NCBI GenBank assembly: GCA_026692845.1
Contig: JAPLNM010000181.1
Span: 5,945-69,944, forward strand
From: Planctomycetota bacterium
Lineage (GTDB): Bacteria > Planctomycetota > Planctomycetia > Pirellulales > Pirellulaceae
Reading direction: 5' to 3'
Length of the DNA: 64,000 bases
The translations under genes and the position numbers were made by a program. The notes beneath the pieces were generated by a model. The model was given only the letters and a program-made list of their open reading frames with translations. It did not search any database and was not told where the DNA came from. This document shows, in pieces, positions 38,182 through 48,775 of this stretch (position 1 is its first letter; every line of letters begins with the position of its first letter).

Positions 38182-38481
38182 TCAGAGGATCCGCGAGGCA
38201 ACTTGGACCCATGGCGCATCGCCGAGCAGTTCGGGGAAGTGCTTGCGGCCCTCCTGGATATGAGCCGACTGACCGTGTTTGTTCAACGCATCGCGACTGG
38301 CCCACTCCTCGATGAAAGTGAATCGGTTGGGGTGATCCAGGTCGACAAACAGGTCGTAGCGGATGCATCCGTCCTCCTGGCGCGTTGGAGCGACGAACGA
38401 CTCGAGGACGTTGCGCAGTTGATCCTCACAACCGGGTTTCGCGTGCAGGTGGGCGACGACATCGACTTTTTGATCGGACAT
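38182..38481 (-). CDS. antibiotic-biosynthesis-monooxygenase (ABM) domain protein
   Basis: 99 aa. The pattern VVAHLHAKPG...CIRYDLFVD..NRFTFIEEWASRDALNKH is typical of ABM/YgiN-like proteins. Confidence 0.75.
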   Translation of the reverse strand: MSDQKVDVVAHLHAKPGCEDQLRNVLESFVAPTRQEDGCIRYDLFVDLDHPNRFTFIEEWASRDALNKHGQSAHIQEGRKHFPELLGDAPWVQVASRIL

Positions 38482-38580
38482 GTTTGTGGGAGGCTCCTGA
38501 GACCAAAGCGGCGGGAAAGATGGTATGATACCGCTTCGTGTTCGATCAATCTACCTAAGCATTTTCGCACGGAAACTATT

Positions 38581-39663
<1,083 letters not shown>

Positions 39664-39685
39664 GCGATCCACAGGAGACTCTTGA

Positions 39686-41212
39686 GTGCAATGGGATGTA
39701 TCGGTAGGCCAAGCGACCTTGCTGACACTCCTGATCGGGGTTTCGGTCGGAACGCTTGCGACCCTTCTGGCGCTGGTTGTGAGCCTAGGGACATTCTGGT
39801 TCCGAATCGCGGGCTGGCACTTAGCAGTCGGGCTCGTGTCGAGTTTTCTGCTCGTCCCGGTGTACGTACAAGCCACTGCGTGGAGCGCGGGGTTCGGCTC
39901 CAACGGTTGGCTTAGGCTCAGCCAAGTCGATGCGGCCAAGTGGCCCTGGATGGGCGTCGCAAGCGTCGTTTGGATTCATGCTTGTGCGGCATTGCCCTAT
40001 TGCTTTTGGATCGTCTCGCTTGGGCTACGACGGATCCATGATGCACGGGTCGATCAAGCTCTGGTGGAGTTTGGACCATGGTTCTCCTTGCGTCGGCAGA
40101 TTCTCCCGAGGCTCGGGACTTGGCTCTTAGGGGCTTTTCTCTGGGCGTTTGCTTCCGTGCAATACGACATGGTCGTTACCAATCTTTTCCAAACGCCAAC
40201 GTTGTGCGAGAGTGTTTATCAACAGGTGCAATTTGGGAAACTACGCAGCGTGCCTATCTTGATCGCCTGGGGGATCTCGATGGTCTGTGGGCTGGCACTT
40301 GCACTGAGTGTATTTCTCTCGATGCCCCACGAGGCATCGCAAGGAGGCCGATCGACCGCCGACCCATCGGGATCTGAGCGGCTAGAGGCTTCGATAGCTG
40401 GCCCCTGGCACGTCTGGCTGACGCTGACGATCTGGGGCGTCTTGGCCGTTTGTTGCATGGTACCTTGGATGAATCTGATTTCACGCATGGGATGGAGCTC
40501 GCTCGTCGTCGAGGGCCGAGGCGTTCGGAGTTGGAGTCTGAACGAGAGCATCGATTCGATCGGGCATGTGGCGGATTTTCGAGAAGAGTTTGGATGGAGT
40601 TTGCAGTTGAGCTTGTGGGCCACTGGGCTGAGTCTGTTTCTCACTGCAGTGATGATCCAGTGGTCTAGCAATCGCTATCGGTCTGCATGGATGTTTGGGA
40701 TCATCGGTTGCATGCTGGCGACTCCTGGGCCATTGATCAATCTGACGGTCGGTCAGTTGCTGAATCGATGGTTGCCAGGCTCATGGAGCTTCCTTTCGGA
40801 TCGGACGTTGCTAGGCCCGATCCTGGCGTTGCAATTCCGGGTACTGCCGGTGGTCTTTGGATTGATATGGGTCACGCGTCAAGCGTATTTGAAACGGTAT
40901 GGAGAGTTGCTCGCATTGGAAGCAGGGTTACCGCATCGCATGCGAGTTTATTCGTCGATGCGCTTCTGCCAGTGGGGTTGGATCCTCGCGTTTTGGATCG
41001 GATTTTCGATCGCTTTTGGGGACCTAGCCAGCTATTTGTTGGTCCAGCCCCCCGGGGTCACAACCGTCGCGATGCGGATGTTCGACCTACTGCATTATGG
41101 GACCAAAAATCGCGAAGCTGGCTTGGCCGTCGTCCTGGCGTTTTTTGGTACCCTTTCGAGTCTTGCATGGCTGCGATTCCCTCGAAGTCGCCCAAATGCG
41201 AATCGTTCTTGA
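39686..41212 (+). CDS. polytopic membrane protein, probably a duplicated ABC-transporter permease (FbpB/ThiP-like)
   Basis: About 12 hydrophobic segments. Two regions resemble the binding-protein-dependent permease loop (...ALVEFGPWFSLRRQILPRL... and ...ALEAGLPHRMRVY...). The family call is tentative. Confidence 0.5.
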   Translation: MQWDVSVGQATLLTLLIGVSVGTLATLLALVVSLGTFWFRIAGWHLAVGLVSSFLLVPVYVQATAWSAGFGSNGWLRLSQVDAAKWPWMGVASVVWIHACAALPYCFWIVSLGLRRIHDARVDQALVEFGPWFSLRRQILPRLGTWLLGAFLWAFASVQYDMVVTNLFQTPTLCESVYQQVQFGKLRSVPILIAWGISMVCGLALALSVFLSMPHEASQGGRSTADPSGSERLEASIAGPWHVWLTLTIWGVLAVCCMVPWMNLISRMGWSSLVVEGRGVRSWSLNESIDSIGHVADFREEFGWSLQLSLWATGLSLFLTAVMIQWSSNRYRSAWMFGIIGCMLATPGPLINLTVGQLLNRWLPGSWSFLSDRTLLGPILALQFRVLPVVFGLIWVTRQAYLKRYGELLALEAGLPHRMRVYSSMRFCQWGWILAFWIGFSIAFGDLASYLLVQPPGVTTVAMRMFDLLHYGTKNREAGLAVVLAFFGTLSSLAWLRFPRSRPNANRS

Positions 41213-41314
41213 ATCCTAACCGGTTCGTGAAAGCTTATAATGACGTTCGGTCCGGATTGTGACTCCATTTCGATCCCAGGGCAAGCACTTTTTAGCAACA
41301 GCAACTGAGCCAAA

Positions 41315-42796
41315 ATGATGAATCGATTTTCAACGAACCGTAAACCGGGGATTTTGAAACTGGCCATCGTGCTAGGGGGTTGGATTTTTACCATGGCCAT
41401 CGAGTGGATCGGCTTGCCATGGGCGATCGGCTTGCCACAAGCATTCGGTCAAGCGGCGTCGGAATATCGGCTTACCGAACGATCGATCGTCAAGGATGCA
41501 GAGCAAATCAAACGCGTCGAGGATTCCACGCGTTGGGATCCGACTCGGACTGCGGTGATCGTCTGCGACGTTTGGGACTACCATCACTCGATCAATGCCG
41601 TAGGGCGGCTCGAGGAGATGTTGCCGAGCATGGACAAACTGCTGCGGACCGCGCGGCAATCGGGTTCGATCATCATCCATGCGCCGAGCGATTGCATGCC
41701 CTACTACGCAGAGCATCCTGCAAGGTTGCGTGCGATCGATGCTCCCAAAGTCGATCTTCCTCGGAACATCGCTTCCTGGAATTGCAAAACGGCCCAAGAG
41801 GCCACCGGTGAGTATCCGCTCGACCAAAGCGATGGAGGCCAAGACGACGATCCTCAAGAACACCAGTTATGGGCAGACAAACTCATGGCGCTTGGACGCA
41901 ATCCGGACCTGCCATGGAAAGCTCAAAATCCCGCGATTGCCATCGATGAAAGCAAAGACTACATCAGCGACAAGGGAGATGAGGTTTGGGCGATCTTGAA
42001 GAGCAAAAAGATCGAGCAGGTCATTATGATCGGTGTCCATACCAACATGTGCGTCCTAGGTCGCCCCTTTGGTCTAAGGCAGCTTGCAAGCAACGGAGTA
42101 AAGGTCGTCCTTGTACGAGACTTGACCGACTGCATGTACAACCCCAAGCAGTGGCCCTACGTCGATCACTTCTCTGGCAACGACTTGATCATCGCGTATG
42201 TCGAACAGCATGTTTGTCCGACGATCAGCAGTGACCAGATCCTTGGGGGAAAACCCGTTGTTTTCTCCAAGGATACACGGGCGAAAAGGGAGCTGCTTGC
42301 GAAAGGGATTCAGGGGCCAAATGACCAGCCTGCTCCATGGGTACTGACGCAGTGCACAGGGTTGTTCGAACACTCCTTTTCGCAAGGGGCAAAACGGCCT
42401 TTCGTGCGGTGTTCGCTGAGGATTGCTCCCGAAGCGTTTTCAGGGCAGGTCACATTGAGTCATCCTCGGATCCGAAAAGCGTGGCTCAATGGCCATCCGA
42501 TGGAGCTTGCCAATCGCCAAAGTTCGTTGACGACCTTCGCTTTCGACTTTGCGCACACCTTTGGGAACGATGATGCGAATGTTTTGGTTTTGGAAATCGA
42601 TGCTTCGGCAGTTTCCGAGGATCCGCAGGTCAATGCGTCGCATTCTGCCCCGATCGTGCAGGGGCCCTCCGGAGCAGTGACCTTATCGGGGCGATGGCAG
42701 ATCAAGTCGCCGTCGGATCCGGGCGACACGAACTTGCCGTTGCCGGCCAAGTTCGCTTTGCCCCCTGCGGTATACTACACGCTCGAGACCCCTTAA
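41315..42796 (+). CDS. secreted isochorismatase-like cysteine hydrolase domain protein with C-terminal extension
   Basis: N-terminal hydrophobic signal-like segment. TAVIVCDVWDYHH and IEQVIMIGVHTNMCVLGRPFGLRQL resemble isochorismatase-family motifs. Confidence 0.6.
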   Translation: MMNRFSTNRKPGILKLAIVLGGWIFTMAIEWIGLPWAIGLPQAFGQAASEYRLTERSIVKDAEQIKRVEDSTRWDPTRTAVIVCDVWDYHHSINAVGRLEEMLPSMDKLLRTARQSGSIIIHAPSDCMPYYAEHPARLRAIDAPKVDLPRNIASWNCKTAQEATGEYPLDQSDGGQDDDPQEHQLWADKLMALGRNPDLPWKAQNPAIAIDESKDYISDKGDEVWAILKSKKIEQVIMIGVHTNMCVLGRPFGLRQLASNGVKVVLVRDLTDCMYNPKQWPYVDHFSGNDLIIAYVEQHVCPTISSDQILGGKPVVFSKDTRAKRELLAKGIQGPNDQPAPWVLTQCTGLFEHSFSQGAKRPFVRCSLRIAPEAFSGQVTLSHPRIRKAWLNGHPMELANRQSSLTTFAFDFAHTFGNDDANVLVLEIDASAVSEDPQVNASHSAPIVQGPSGAVTLSGRWQIKSPSDPGDTNLPLPAKFALPPAVYYTLETP

Positions 42797-42828
42797 GAAA
42801 ACCTACACCCATCAACGAGATACCGAAT

Positions 42829-43140
42829 ATGGCAAAATCCAAGAGCACCGATCAAGACGAATCGAGCTTGAGTTTCGAAGGAGCCATGGCGTCCTTGGAG
42901 CAGGTCGTCCGCAAACTAGAGAGTGGTTCGTTACCCTTAGAGCAGATGCTCTCTGAGTATGCCAAGGCAGTCGAATATGTTCAGGTCTGCCATCGGCAGC
43001 TAGAGGGGGCTCGGCGGCGCATCGCGCAACTGCAGAGCGTCGATGCCGATGGCACGGCGGTGACGAAGGCTTGGGACGACACGGAACCCTCGGTTCAGGA
43101 GAACCGCGATGCTCCTTCACGTCGAAAAAGCAGTTCTTGA
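42829..43140 (+). CDS. xseB: exodeoxyribonuclease VII small subunit
   Basis: SFEGAMASLEQVVRKLESGSLPLEQMLSEYAKAVEYVQVCHRQLEGARRRI matches the XseB pattern. Start trimmed to the ATG at 42829. Confidence 0.8.
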   Translation: MAKSKSTDQDESSLSFEGAMASLEQVVRKLESGSLPLEQMLSEYAKAVEYVQVCHRQLEGARRRIAQLQSVDADGTAVTKAWDDTEPSVQENRDAPSRRKSSS

Positions 43141-43415
43141 GTCCGTTGTCGGTCGCTTCGTCTTTGCGAATCTCGAAAACGTATTGGCCCCAAAGAGTCT
43201 GACGAAGAAACGTTTTTCACTCGATTTCCTACGCTAAACCAAGTAGCCCAAAGCACGCTAGAGGCTGAACCAAAACACGCCGATGGTCTTATCCACCATG
43301 GAAGTGCCATTCTTTTCTCGATTTTCTCAGTTGCCTCGTCACTCAATGATGATGGTATCCCATCCAGAGGGCCCCAGTCCTAAATCGAAGGCGATCGAGT
43401 TGGACACCCGATCTG

Positions 43416-43492
43416 GTTTAACAGTCAGCCGCAGGCTTACTGGATTCATTGCCATCTTCGACGACCTGTACGCCTGCGGCTGACTGTTAAAC
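43416..43492. repeat. perfect 21-bp inverted repeat (GTTTAACAGTCAGCCGCAGGC ... GCCTGCGGCTGACTGTTAAAC) with a 35-bp spacer
   Basis: Read directly from the sequence. It lies between xseB and the 3' end of the minus-strand AI-2E transporter gene. Confidence 0.9.
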
Positions 43493-43516
43493 GAAATAGG
43501 GCTCTGTGAACGTGTT

Positions 43517-44596
43517 TCAAGCCTTGGCGGGCATGGACACGGTTTTCTCGTGATGCAATTCCAATAAAACTTGCGTGATCATCAAAACGATCGGGCCCAA
43601 GAGAATCCCTGATGGGCCAAACAAAAGCATCCCACCTACCACGGAAATGAACACGAGTACCGTATGCGTCTGCAATCGCTTGCCTACCAATATTGGCCGA
43701 AGCATATTGTCTACGATGACGATCACAAAGACCCCGGCTGCGACCAACAGTATCGCCTTAACCCAATGTCCGTCGACAACCAAGAAGACTGCTGCCGGTC
43801 CCCAAACCAGGAAAGCTCCGGCCACGGGAGCCAATGCCAATCCTGCCATGATCATGCCCCAGAGGACCGGAGCCGGTAGCTCCAGGCCCCAAAAGGTGAT
43901 TCCTAGCGCTGCACCTTGAACGACCGATACGACGAAACTGCCATAAACCGTAGCGCAAATCGTATCATGGACACGTTGATACACGCGACTCATCTGTCCT
44001 TCGGTCAAGGGGGAGAAACGGCAGAGAGTTTTTAGGGCAAGATCTCTATCCCTGAGCAAAAAAAACAGCAAGTAGAACGTAAGTCCAAAATCGATGAGTT
44101 GATAGAACGAGCCCCTAAGTATCGATAGGGTCGCTTCACTCATCGACGATGCGAACATCTTCGCAATGCCAGGTAAATCCACTTGCGATTCAAGCCACTC
44201 TAGGGCAGAAGCAATTTGGGGTTGAGAAGAAAAGACTAGTCGCCATTCGCCAGATTGAATTTTTTCTTCCATGAGCTTAGCCCCATTGGCCGCTTGAACA
44301 ATCAGTTGCTGAATCGCAAAGGAAGTCGGTACCACAACGACGAGGCTGAGGATCAAGGTGCAGGCCAGCGAGCATAAGCTAGGATGTCGAAGTTTCGTTT
44401 CAAGCCACTTTTGCAAGGGAGCGGCTAGAACGGATAATCCGATAGCCCATGCTAGGGAGGGCAGGAATGGCAGGGCAATTAAGTAGCATAGATAAATGCC
44501 TAAGAGTAGCGAGAGCATGAAGAAAGCGAAGTGCATATGGCTAGGCGAAGCCCAGTCTTCAGATGGTTTTCCGTTCTCTTGATGATTCTGACTCAT
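43517..44596 (-). CDS. AI-2E family transporter (PerM/UPF0118)
   Basis: Eight TM-like segments. The C-terminal block DNMLRPILVGKRLQTHTVLVFISVVGG..LFGPSGILLGP is typical of the family. Confidence 0.8.
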   Translation of the reverse strand: MSQNHQENGKPSEDWASPSHMHFAFFMLSLLLGIYLCYLIALPFLPSLAWAIGLSVLAAPLQKWLETKLRHPSLCSLACTLILSLVVVVPTSFAIQQLIVQAANGAKLMEEKIQSGEWRLVFSSQPQIASALEWLESQVDLPGIAKMFASSMSEATLSILRGSFYQLIDFGLTFYLLFFLLRDRDLALKTLCRFSPLTEGQMSRVYQRVHDTICATVYGSFVVSVVQGAALGITFWGLELPAPVLWGMIMAGLALAPVAGAFLVWGPAAVFLVVDGHWVKAILLVAAGVFVIVIVDNMLRPILVGKRLQTHTVLVFISVVGGMLLFGPSGILLGPIVLMITQVLLELHHEKTVSMPAKA

Positions 44597-44657
44597 GGAG
44601 GTCCTGATGGTATAGATCCGTTGGCGACTTAAACGCTACGCGTTAAAGAACGCAGAT

Positions 44658-45197
44658 CTAGGATCGATCCGCTGGCTTTTTTGTAAAATGCGCGATCAGG
44701 ACCGGGATCGAACGAGATACAATCTCTTCAACAACTCGCACCGTAGCATTGAGAGCAAGCGACCGGGCTTGGGTGGCGGTCGATTGCCGTGACCCCATCT
44801 CGTACGCTGCGGAAAGCGCCGAAAGACTCGCTGCGGAATCCGCCTCATGGCCAGAGTCGCCAACGTCTATCGCATCAAGCGACGCGATGCCCAAAGATCC
44901 TGATGCGGTGCGCTTTGAATCTCGTCCCTTTCGATCGCGTGCTCCAGCTGCAAGGTATCCTATAGCCATTGCCCCACCCAACAACCACCAAGGATGCCGC
45001 TCAAAATGACCCCGCACATCTAAAGCATTCGATACCGAATGCACTGCACTTTCGACAGCTCCGACGGTGGATTTTACTTTGCTACCCGTAGTTTCCATCG
45101 TTTCGGCAATTTGCTCTTCGAGCAATTGCAGCTTCGCAAAGAGCTGGGCTTTGGTTTCGTCTAACGTCTGACGCATCTCTTGTTGGTCATCAATCAT
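44658..45197 (-). CDS. membrane-anchored coiled-coil stress-type protein (DUF883/DUF3618-like, tentative)
   Basis: N-terminal coiled coil, then a central TM segment HPWWLLGGAMAIGYLAAG. A 4-nt overlap joins it to the upstream gene. Confidence 0.4.
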   Translation of the reverse strand: MIDDQQEMRQTLDETKAQLFAKLQLLEEQIAETMETTGSKVKSTVGAVESAVHSVSNALDVRGHFERHPWWLLGGAMAIGYLAAGARDRKGRDSKRTASGSLGIASLDAIDVGDSGHEADSAASLSALSAAYEMGSRQSTATQARSLALNATVRVVEEIVSRSIPVLIAHFTKKPADRS

Positions 45198-45601
45198 TGC
45201 ATTTTCCTATTCAGCGTATCGAAAGATTTGAAGCTGCTACCCCATGCTCGAAACAACCTCCTGCCGATCAAAACCGTAGCGCCTCCAGCCATCGCGATGA
45301 GTGCCGTTACGATCGCGAAACATCCCCACATTGGCAGCCATTCTGGGGGATCAGCCGCCGGTGATACCAGCCAATGTAAAAAATGTACGCACCCCATCGA
45401 GGCCAAGATCGCAGACAATCCGAGCATCGCCCCACCCAACGCGACGATCGACATCGCCATCGCACGCTGCTTTAATTCGCGTTCCACATTGGCCTGGGCA
45501 AGTCGGAACTGCAGGTCGACGAGAACCTGCAGATCCTTGACAATCTTGCCGACGAGGGAAGTCGGGATCCGTTCGATCGGAGTATCAAGAGTATCCTTCA
45601 T
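45194..45601 (-). CDS. small two-TM membrane protein (Holin-X / phage-holin-3-like superfamily, tentative)
   Basis: 135 aa with two long hydrophobic segments. It sits in an operon with two DUF883-like genes. Confidence 0.45.
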   Translation of the reverse strand: MKDTLDTPIERIPTSLVGKIVKDLQVLVDLQFRLAQANVERELKQRAMAMSIVALGGAMLGLSAILASMGCVHFLHWLVSPAADPPEWLPMWGCFAIVTALIAMAGGATVLIGRRLFRAWGSSFKSFDTLNRKMQ

Positions 45602-45604
45602 CTT

Positions 45605-46027
45605 CTATTTTCTGGTCATGCGCGATGCAATCCAGCCTAAGCCAATCGCGATGAAGATGGTTGGGACGGGGTTGCTTCGAATCAACGTCGCCAGATCGTG
45701 GCGCATCCCACTTAGCTTGGAACACTCCATGTATTCGCCACCTTCTGTAACCGTACGAGCGACGCTCTTCGATACACTCCCAAGCATCCCGGACTGAGGT
45801 GTATTGCGCCTCAACTGTTCTCCGAAGCGTTGCACCCCTCGACCGGCAATCGATGCCAAGTCGTCGGCTTCTGCGCTGAGATTGGTAGCTGTTCGATTCG
45901 CCATATCACCGACGGCCGACGCAGCAGCCTCGGCTTTCTCACCAATCATCCCAGATGTCTCTTTGACCCTTGCTGCAACATTACAAAATTCATGGTCAAG
46001 CTTAGATAGTACCTCTGTACTGGACAT
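45605..46027 (-). CDS. YqjD/ElaB-like (DUF883) tail-anchored membrane protein (tentative)
   Basis: Helical N-terminal region and a C-terminal TM anchor NPVPTIFIAIGLGWIASRMTRK. Confidence 0.45.
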   Translation of the reverse strand: MSSTEVLSKLDHEFCNVAARVKETSGMIGEKAEAAASAVGDMANRTATNLSAEADDLASIAGRGVQRFGEQLRRNTPQSGMLGSVSKSVARTVTEGGEYMECSKLSGMRHDLATLIRSNPVPTIFIAIGLGWIASRMTRK

Positions 46028-46592
46028 TGTATATTCCTATTCCCATTCGAGTTTTGGACCAATTGCTGGGTTGGCCCCGAGCAAAGAATTGGTTCGTGTC
46101 AAAAAAACGATGCAGTGAACTCCTTTTAGAAAGTCTACCTCATCGGCATACTCCTTGTTCCGCTGATCGGTATTCTCCGACCGGCGTCTTTTTAGTCTTC
46201 CATTGGATCGCTATTGCATTTCAAAGTACTTTGTATAAACAGTAGCTCCCGTTTCAACTCTAGCATTCCGAAATGATAAGGCAATAGTCGATCCCATTTC
46301 CACGGAGCCACCGATGCTGTTTTATTCGCGGGGTGATTCAATTTTTTTAAAACAAAGCACGGACGTCCGTTCGAATTGCTATCGGCTCGGAATTTGCAGG
46401 AAGAATGGCGGATTCCACCATGCTTATATCGGTTTTCTCTCGATAAACAATTCGGCTAAAAGATGGTACATTTAATTGGTCGAAGTGAGTTAAAGCCTTG
46501 TGTCTAAGCTTGCTCCTTAAACTGGGCTGCTCGCGAAGTTCTACAAAGGCTTCATGCTAGATATGCATTCACCTTAGAAAAGGAATGCAGAA

Positions 46593-46748
46593 ATGCTCGG
46601 TACAGTTCTCCTCGTGGTTTTGATTTTATTGCTTCTTGGTGCGTTACCAAATTGGCCTCACAGCAGAAGCTGGGGCTATGCTCCAAGCGGCGGAATTGGA
46701 TTGATTGTCCTGATCATCATCATCCTGCTGCTGCTAAAACGTATTTAA
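46593..46748 (+). CDS. DUF3309-family small membrane protein (51 aa)
   Basis: Below the ORF-track size cutoff. My translation reads MLGTVLLVVLILLLLGALPNWPHSRSWGYAPSGGIGLIVLIIIILLLLKRI. The central PxWPHSRSWGYxPSGG motif flanked by two TM helices matches my recollection of DUF3309. Confidence 0.7.
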   Translation: MLGTVLLVVLILLLLGALPNWPHSRSWGYAPSGGIGLIVLIIIILLLLKRI

Positions 46749-47022
46749 AAACAATACCCAGAGTTGGTGGGTTGCAATTAGTAAATGAAGTCTAAGCAGT
46801 TGCAGGGGATAAGATTCGCCTATAGGAGTGGCAAGGTAGTTGCCATGAATCGTCGGGTCAAATTTACTATTGCATCACTGAGTTGGGATACGATGCCGAA
46901 TAGTCGAGGGGAGTGATCAAGGTCCTCGTGTTCGGCGCCAAGACTTCCTCGTGATTGATCATCCGGTGATTTTTTTCGAACACTGTTTGCATGCACAAAT
47001 GGCGGTAGGGAGGGAAAAGAAA

Positions 47023-47151
47023 ATGAGCAAGCTTTTGAGAGGTGTGGTTGCTGGAGCTGGGGCCTGGAAATGGGGTGGTGGGTGCCTGTCGACGATTTTT
47101 ATCTTTTTGATCCTGTGGTGGATTCTCGGGAGTTTCGGTATCTTTCGTTGA
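47023..47151 (+). CDS. possible small membrane protein (42 aa)
   Basis: MSKLLRGVVAGAGAWKWGGGCLSTIFIFLILWWILGSFGIFR, from within track ORF 46951-47151. Supported only by hydrophobicity. Confidence 0.3.
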   Translation: MSKLLRGVVAGAGAWKWGGGCLSTIFIFLILWWILGSFGIFR

Positions 47152-47467
47152 AAACTGAAAACAAGCACGCCTCGGCTAGAGACCTTCAACCGTCCCTGCT
47201 CGTCGGCATGAGCAGCCGAGGATAGCGGCACTCCATGACCTATCCTGTTGAAGCACCGCGTCCGAATTCCTACGCAGAGCCTGTGTACGCTTTGGCAAAA
47301 TTGCGTTCCGCGTTTTGTACCATCGAGGATTTGTTGGCCACTCGAGACTGAGGATTCCAGCCCCAAACCTACAGCAGGATCGCTATCGCCTAGGGTGCTT
47401 TTCGCGGGCAAAAAGGTGTGGAATTGCGCGATGAAAACAGCTCGCACGGGTACTGAGTCGGTCTACG

Positions 47468-47500
47468 AAAAAACCCCAGATTCGGTGGGCGAACCTGAGG
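47468..47500 (-). terminator. possible terminator of tRNA-Lys (6-bp stem including one G:U pair, about 15-nt loop, U6 tract)
   Basis: The minus strand reads CCTCAG...CTGGGG followed by TTTTTT, 22 nt past the tRNA 3' end. The structure is weak. Confidence 0.35.
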
Positions 47501-47521
47501 TTTTCGCTTAGAAATCAAAAG

Positions 47522-47594
47522 TGAGAGCGGAGGGGCTCGAACCCTCGACCCAAGGATTAAAAGTCCTTTGCTCTACCGACTGAGCTACGCTCTC
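47522..47594 (-). tRNA. tRNA-Lys (anticodon UUU)
   Basis: The reverse complement folds as a cloverleaf: GAGAGCG TA GCTC AGTCGGTA GAGC A AAGGA CTTTTAA TCCTT GGGTC GAGGG TTCGAGC CCCTC CGCTCTC A. The CCA end is not encoded. Confidence 0.93.
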
Positions 47595-47824
47595 TTTCTT
47601 GGGATTTGACCAACTTCAGGGCCCGATGTGAATCAGCTTTCTGATTCACGGGAGTCTCTCAAGCCAGTTTCAAAATTTTATCAAAAGATCGAGAACTTTG
47701 TAGGGGGGCCCTCCCTCAAAATCCTAGGGAAACCCAAGTAGGAGGCTTCGCGGTATAATCCTTAGGAACGCTTCAAAACTACCCTGGGAAATCCCCTTTT
47801 TCTCGCACAACACCATCCATTCCT

Positions 47825-48775
47825 ATGCTCGACGCGATCGAAGACAACCAGACCGATGCGAATCTGACCCGCGATGGTGGGTACCTTGAATACTCCAAGG
47901 CCGCCAACCCCCTGGCATCCGGGTCGATCCTGCCCATTCCGATCCTCCAGTTCCCCGCAAATCTGCACTCCACTGGGCCCTCGCGCATCATCCCCCTGGA
48001 TATTAGCCAGCAGCTCGGATCCCCTGCCCCGGCCTCGAGCGCCAGTTTGCTGGCTAGCTTTATTCGTATCGAGGCCAACGATAGCCTCGCTGCTCCCAAC
48101 CGCGCCACATCCCACCTGTTCTATGCCCTAAATGGCAAAGGAATTCTGCGATTTGCCGACATCGCTATCCCTTACCAAGCCGGGGATTTGATCACCCTGC
48201 CGTGCGGTCCAGACCCCGTCCTTACTGCCCACGACGAGTCGATTTTCTACTGGGTCAACGATGAACCCTTGCTCAGGTACCTTGGCGTAAGTGCTTCCGT
48301 GCCGCGATTCGAACCGACCCTCTATGCAAAAAAAGACTCGCAAGCGGCGCTTGCTCAAGCCGCCTGCGACCCGCTTGCAGCCCAACGCAGTCGCATCAGC
48401 GTTCTATTGACCAATACGCACTTCCCTCAAACGCTGACCATTACCCATGTGCTCTGGGCCATGCTGGGAATCCTACCCGTGGGCGCCAATCAACTTCCTC
48501 ATGCCCACAAATCCGTCGCGCTCGATTTGATCATCGATTGCAAGCCAGGTTGCTACACCTTGGTCGCCGAAAAAGTCGACTCCGAGGGAAATCTCATCGA
48601 TCCGATCAAGGTCCCTTGGGAAAGCGCTGGGGCATTTATCACCCCTCCAGGTTGGTGGCACTCCCATCATAACGAATCGGGCCAAATAGCTTATCTCATG
48701 CCGATTCAAGATGCAGGTCTCCATACCCACCTGCGAACGCTCGATATTCAATTCCACCGATCCAGTGTCGTCTAG
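47825..48775 (+). CDS. cupin-domain (bicupin-like) protein
   Basis: The C-terminal segment AFITPPGWWHSHHNESGQIAYLMPIQD is a cupin metal-binding-type motif. An earlier segment HLFYALNGKG..F...GDLITLP suggests a first cupin. Confidence 0.6.
   Translation: MLDAIEDNQTDANLTRDGGYLEYSKAANPLASGSILPIPILQFPANLHSTGPSRIIPLDISQQLGSPAPASSASLLASFIRIEANDSLAAPNRATSHLFYALNGKGILRFADIAIPYQAGDLITLPCGPDPVLTAHDESIFYWVNDEPLLRYLGVSASVPRFEPTLYAKKDSQAALAQAACDPLAAQRSRISVLLTNTHFPQTLTITHVLWAMLGILPVGANQLPHAHKSVALDLIIDCKPGCYTLVAEKVDSEGNLIDPIKVPWESAGAFITPPGWWHSHHNESGQIAYLMPIQDAGLHTHLRTLDIQFHRSSVV

Noticed and set aside
38203-38580. The N-terminal 126 codons of the 486-aa track ORF for the MoxR ATPase.
   Set aside because: This stretch overlaps the well-supported ABM-domain gene on the opposite strand. 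MoxR proteins are about 320-360 aa, so I moved the start to the GTG at 38581.
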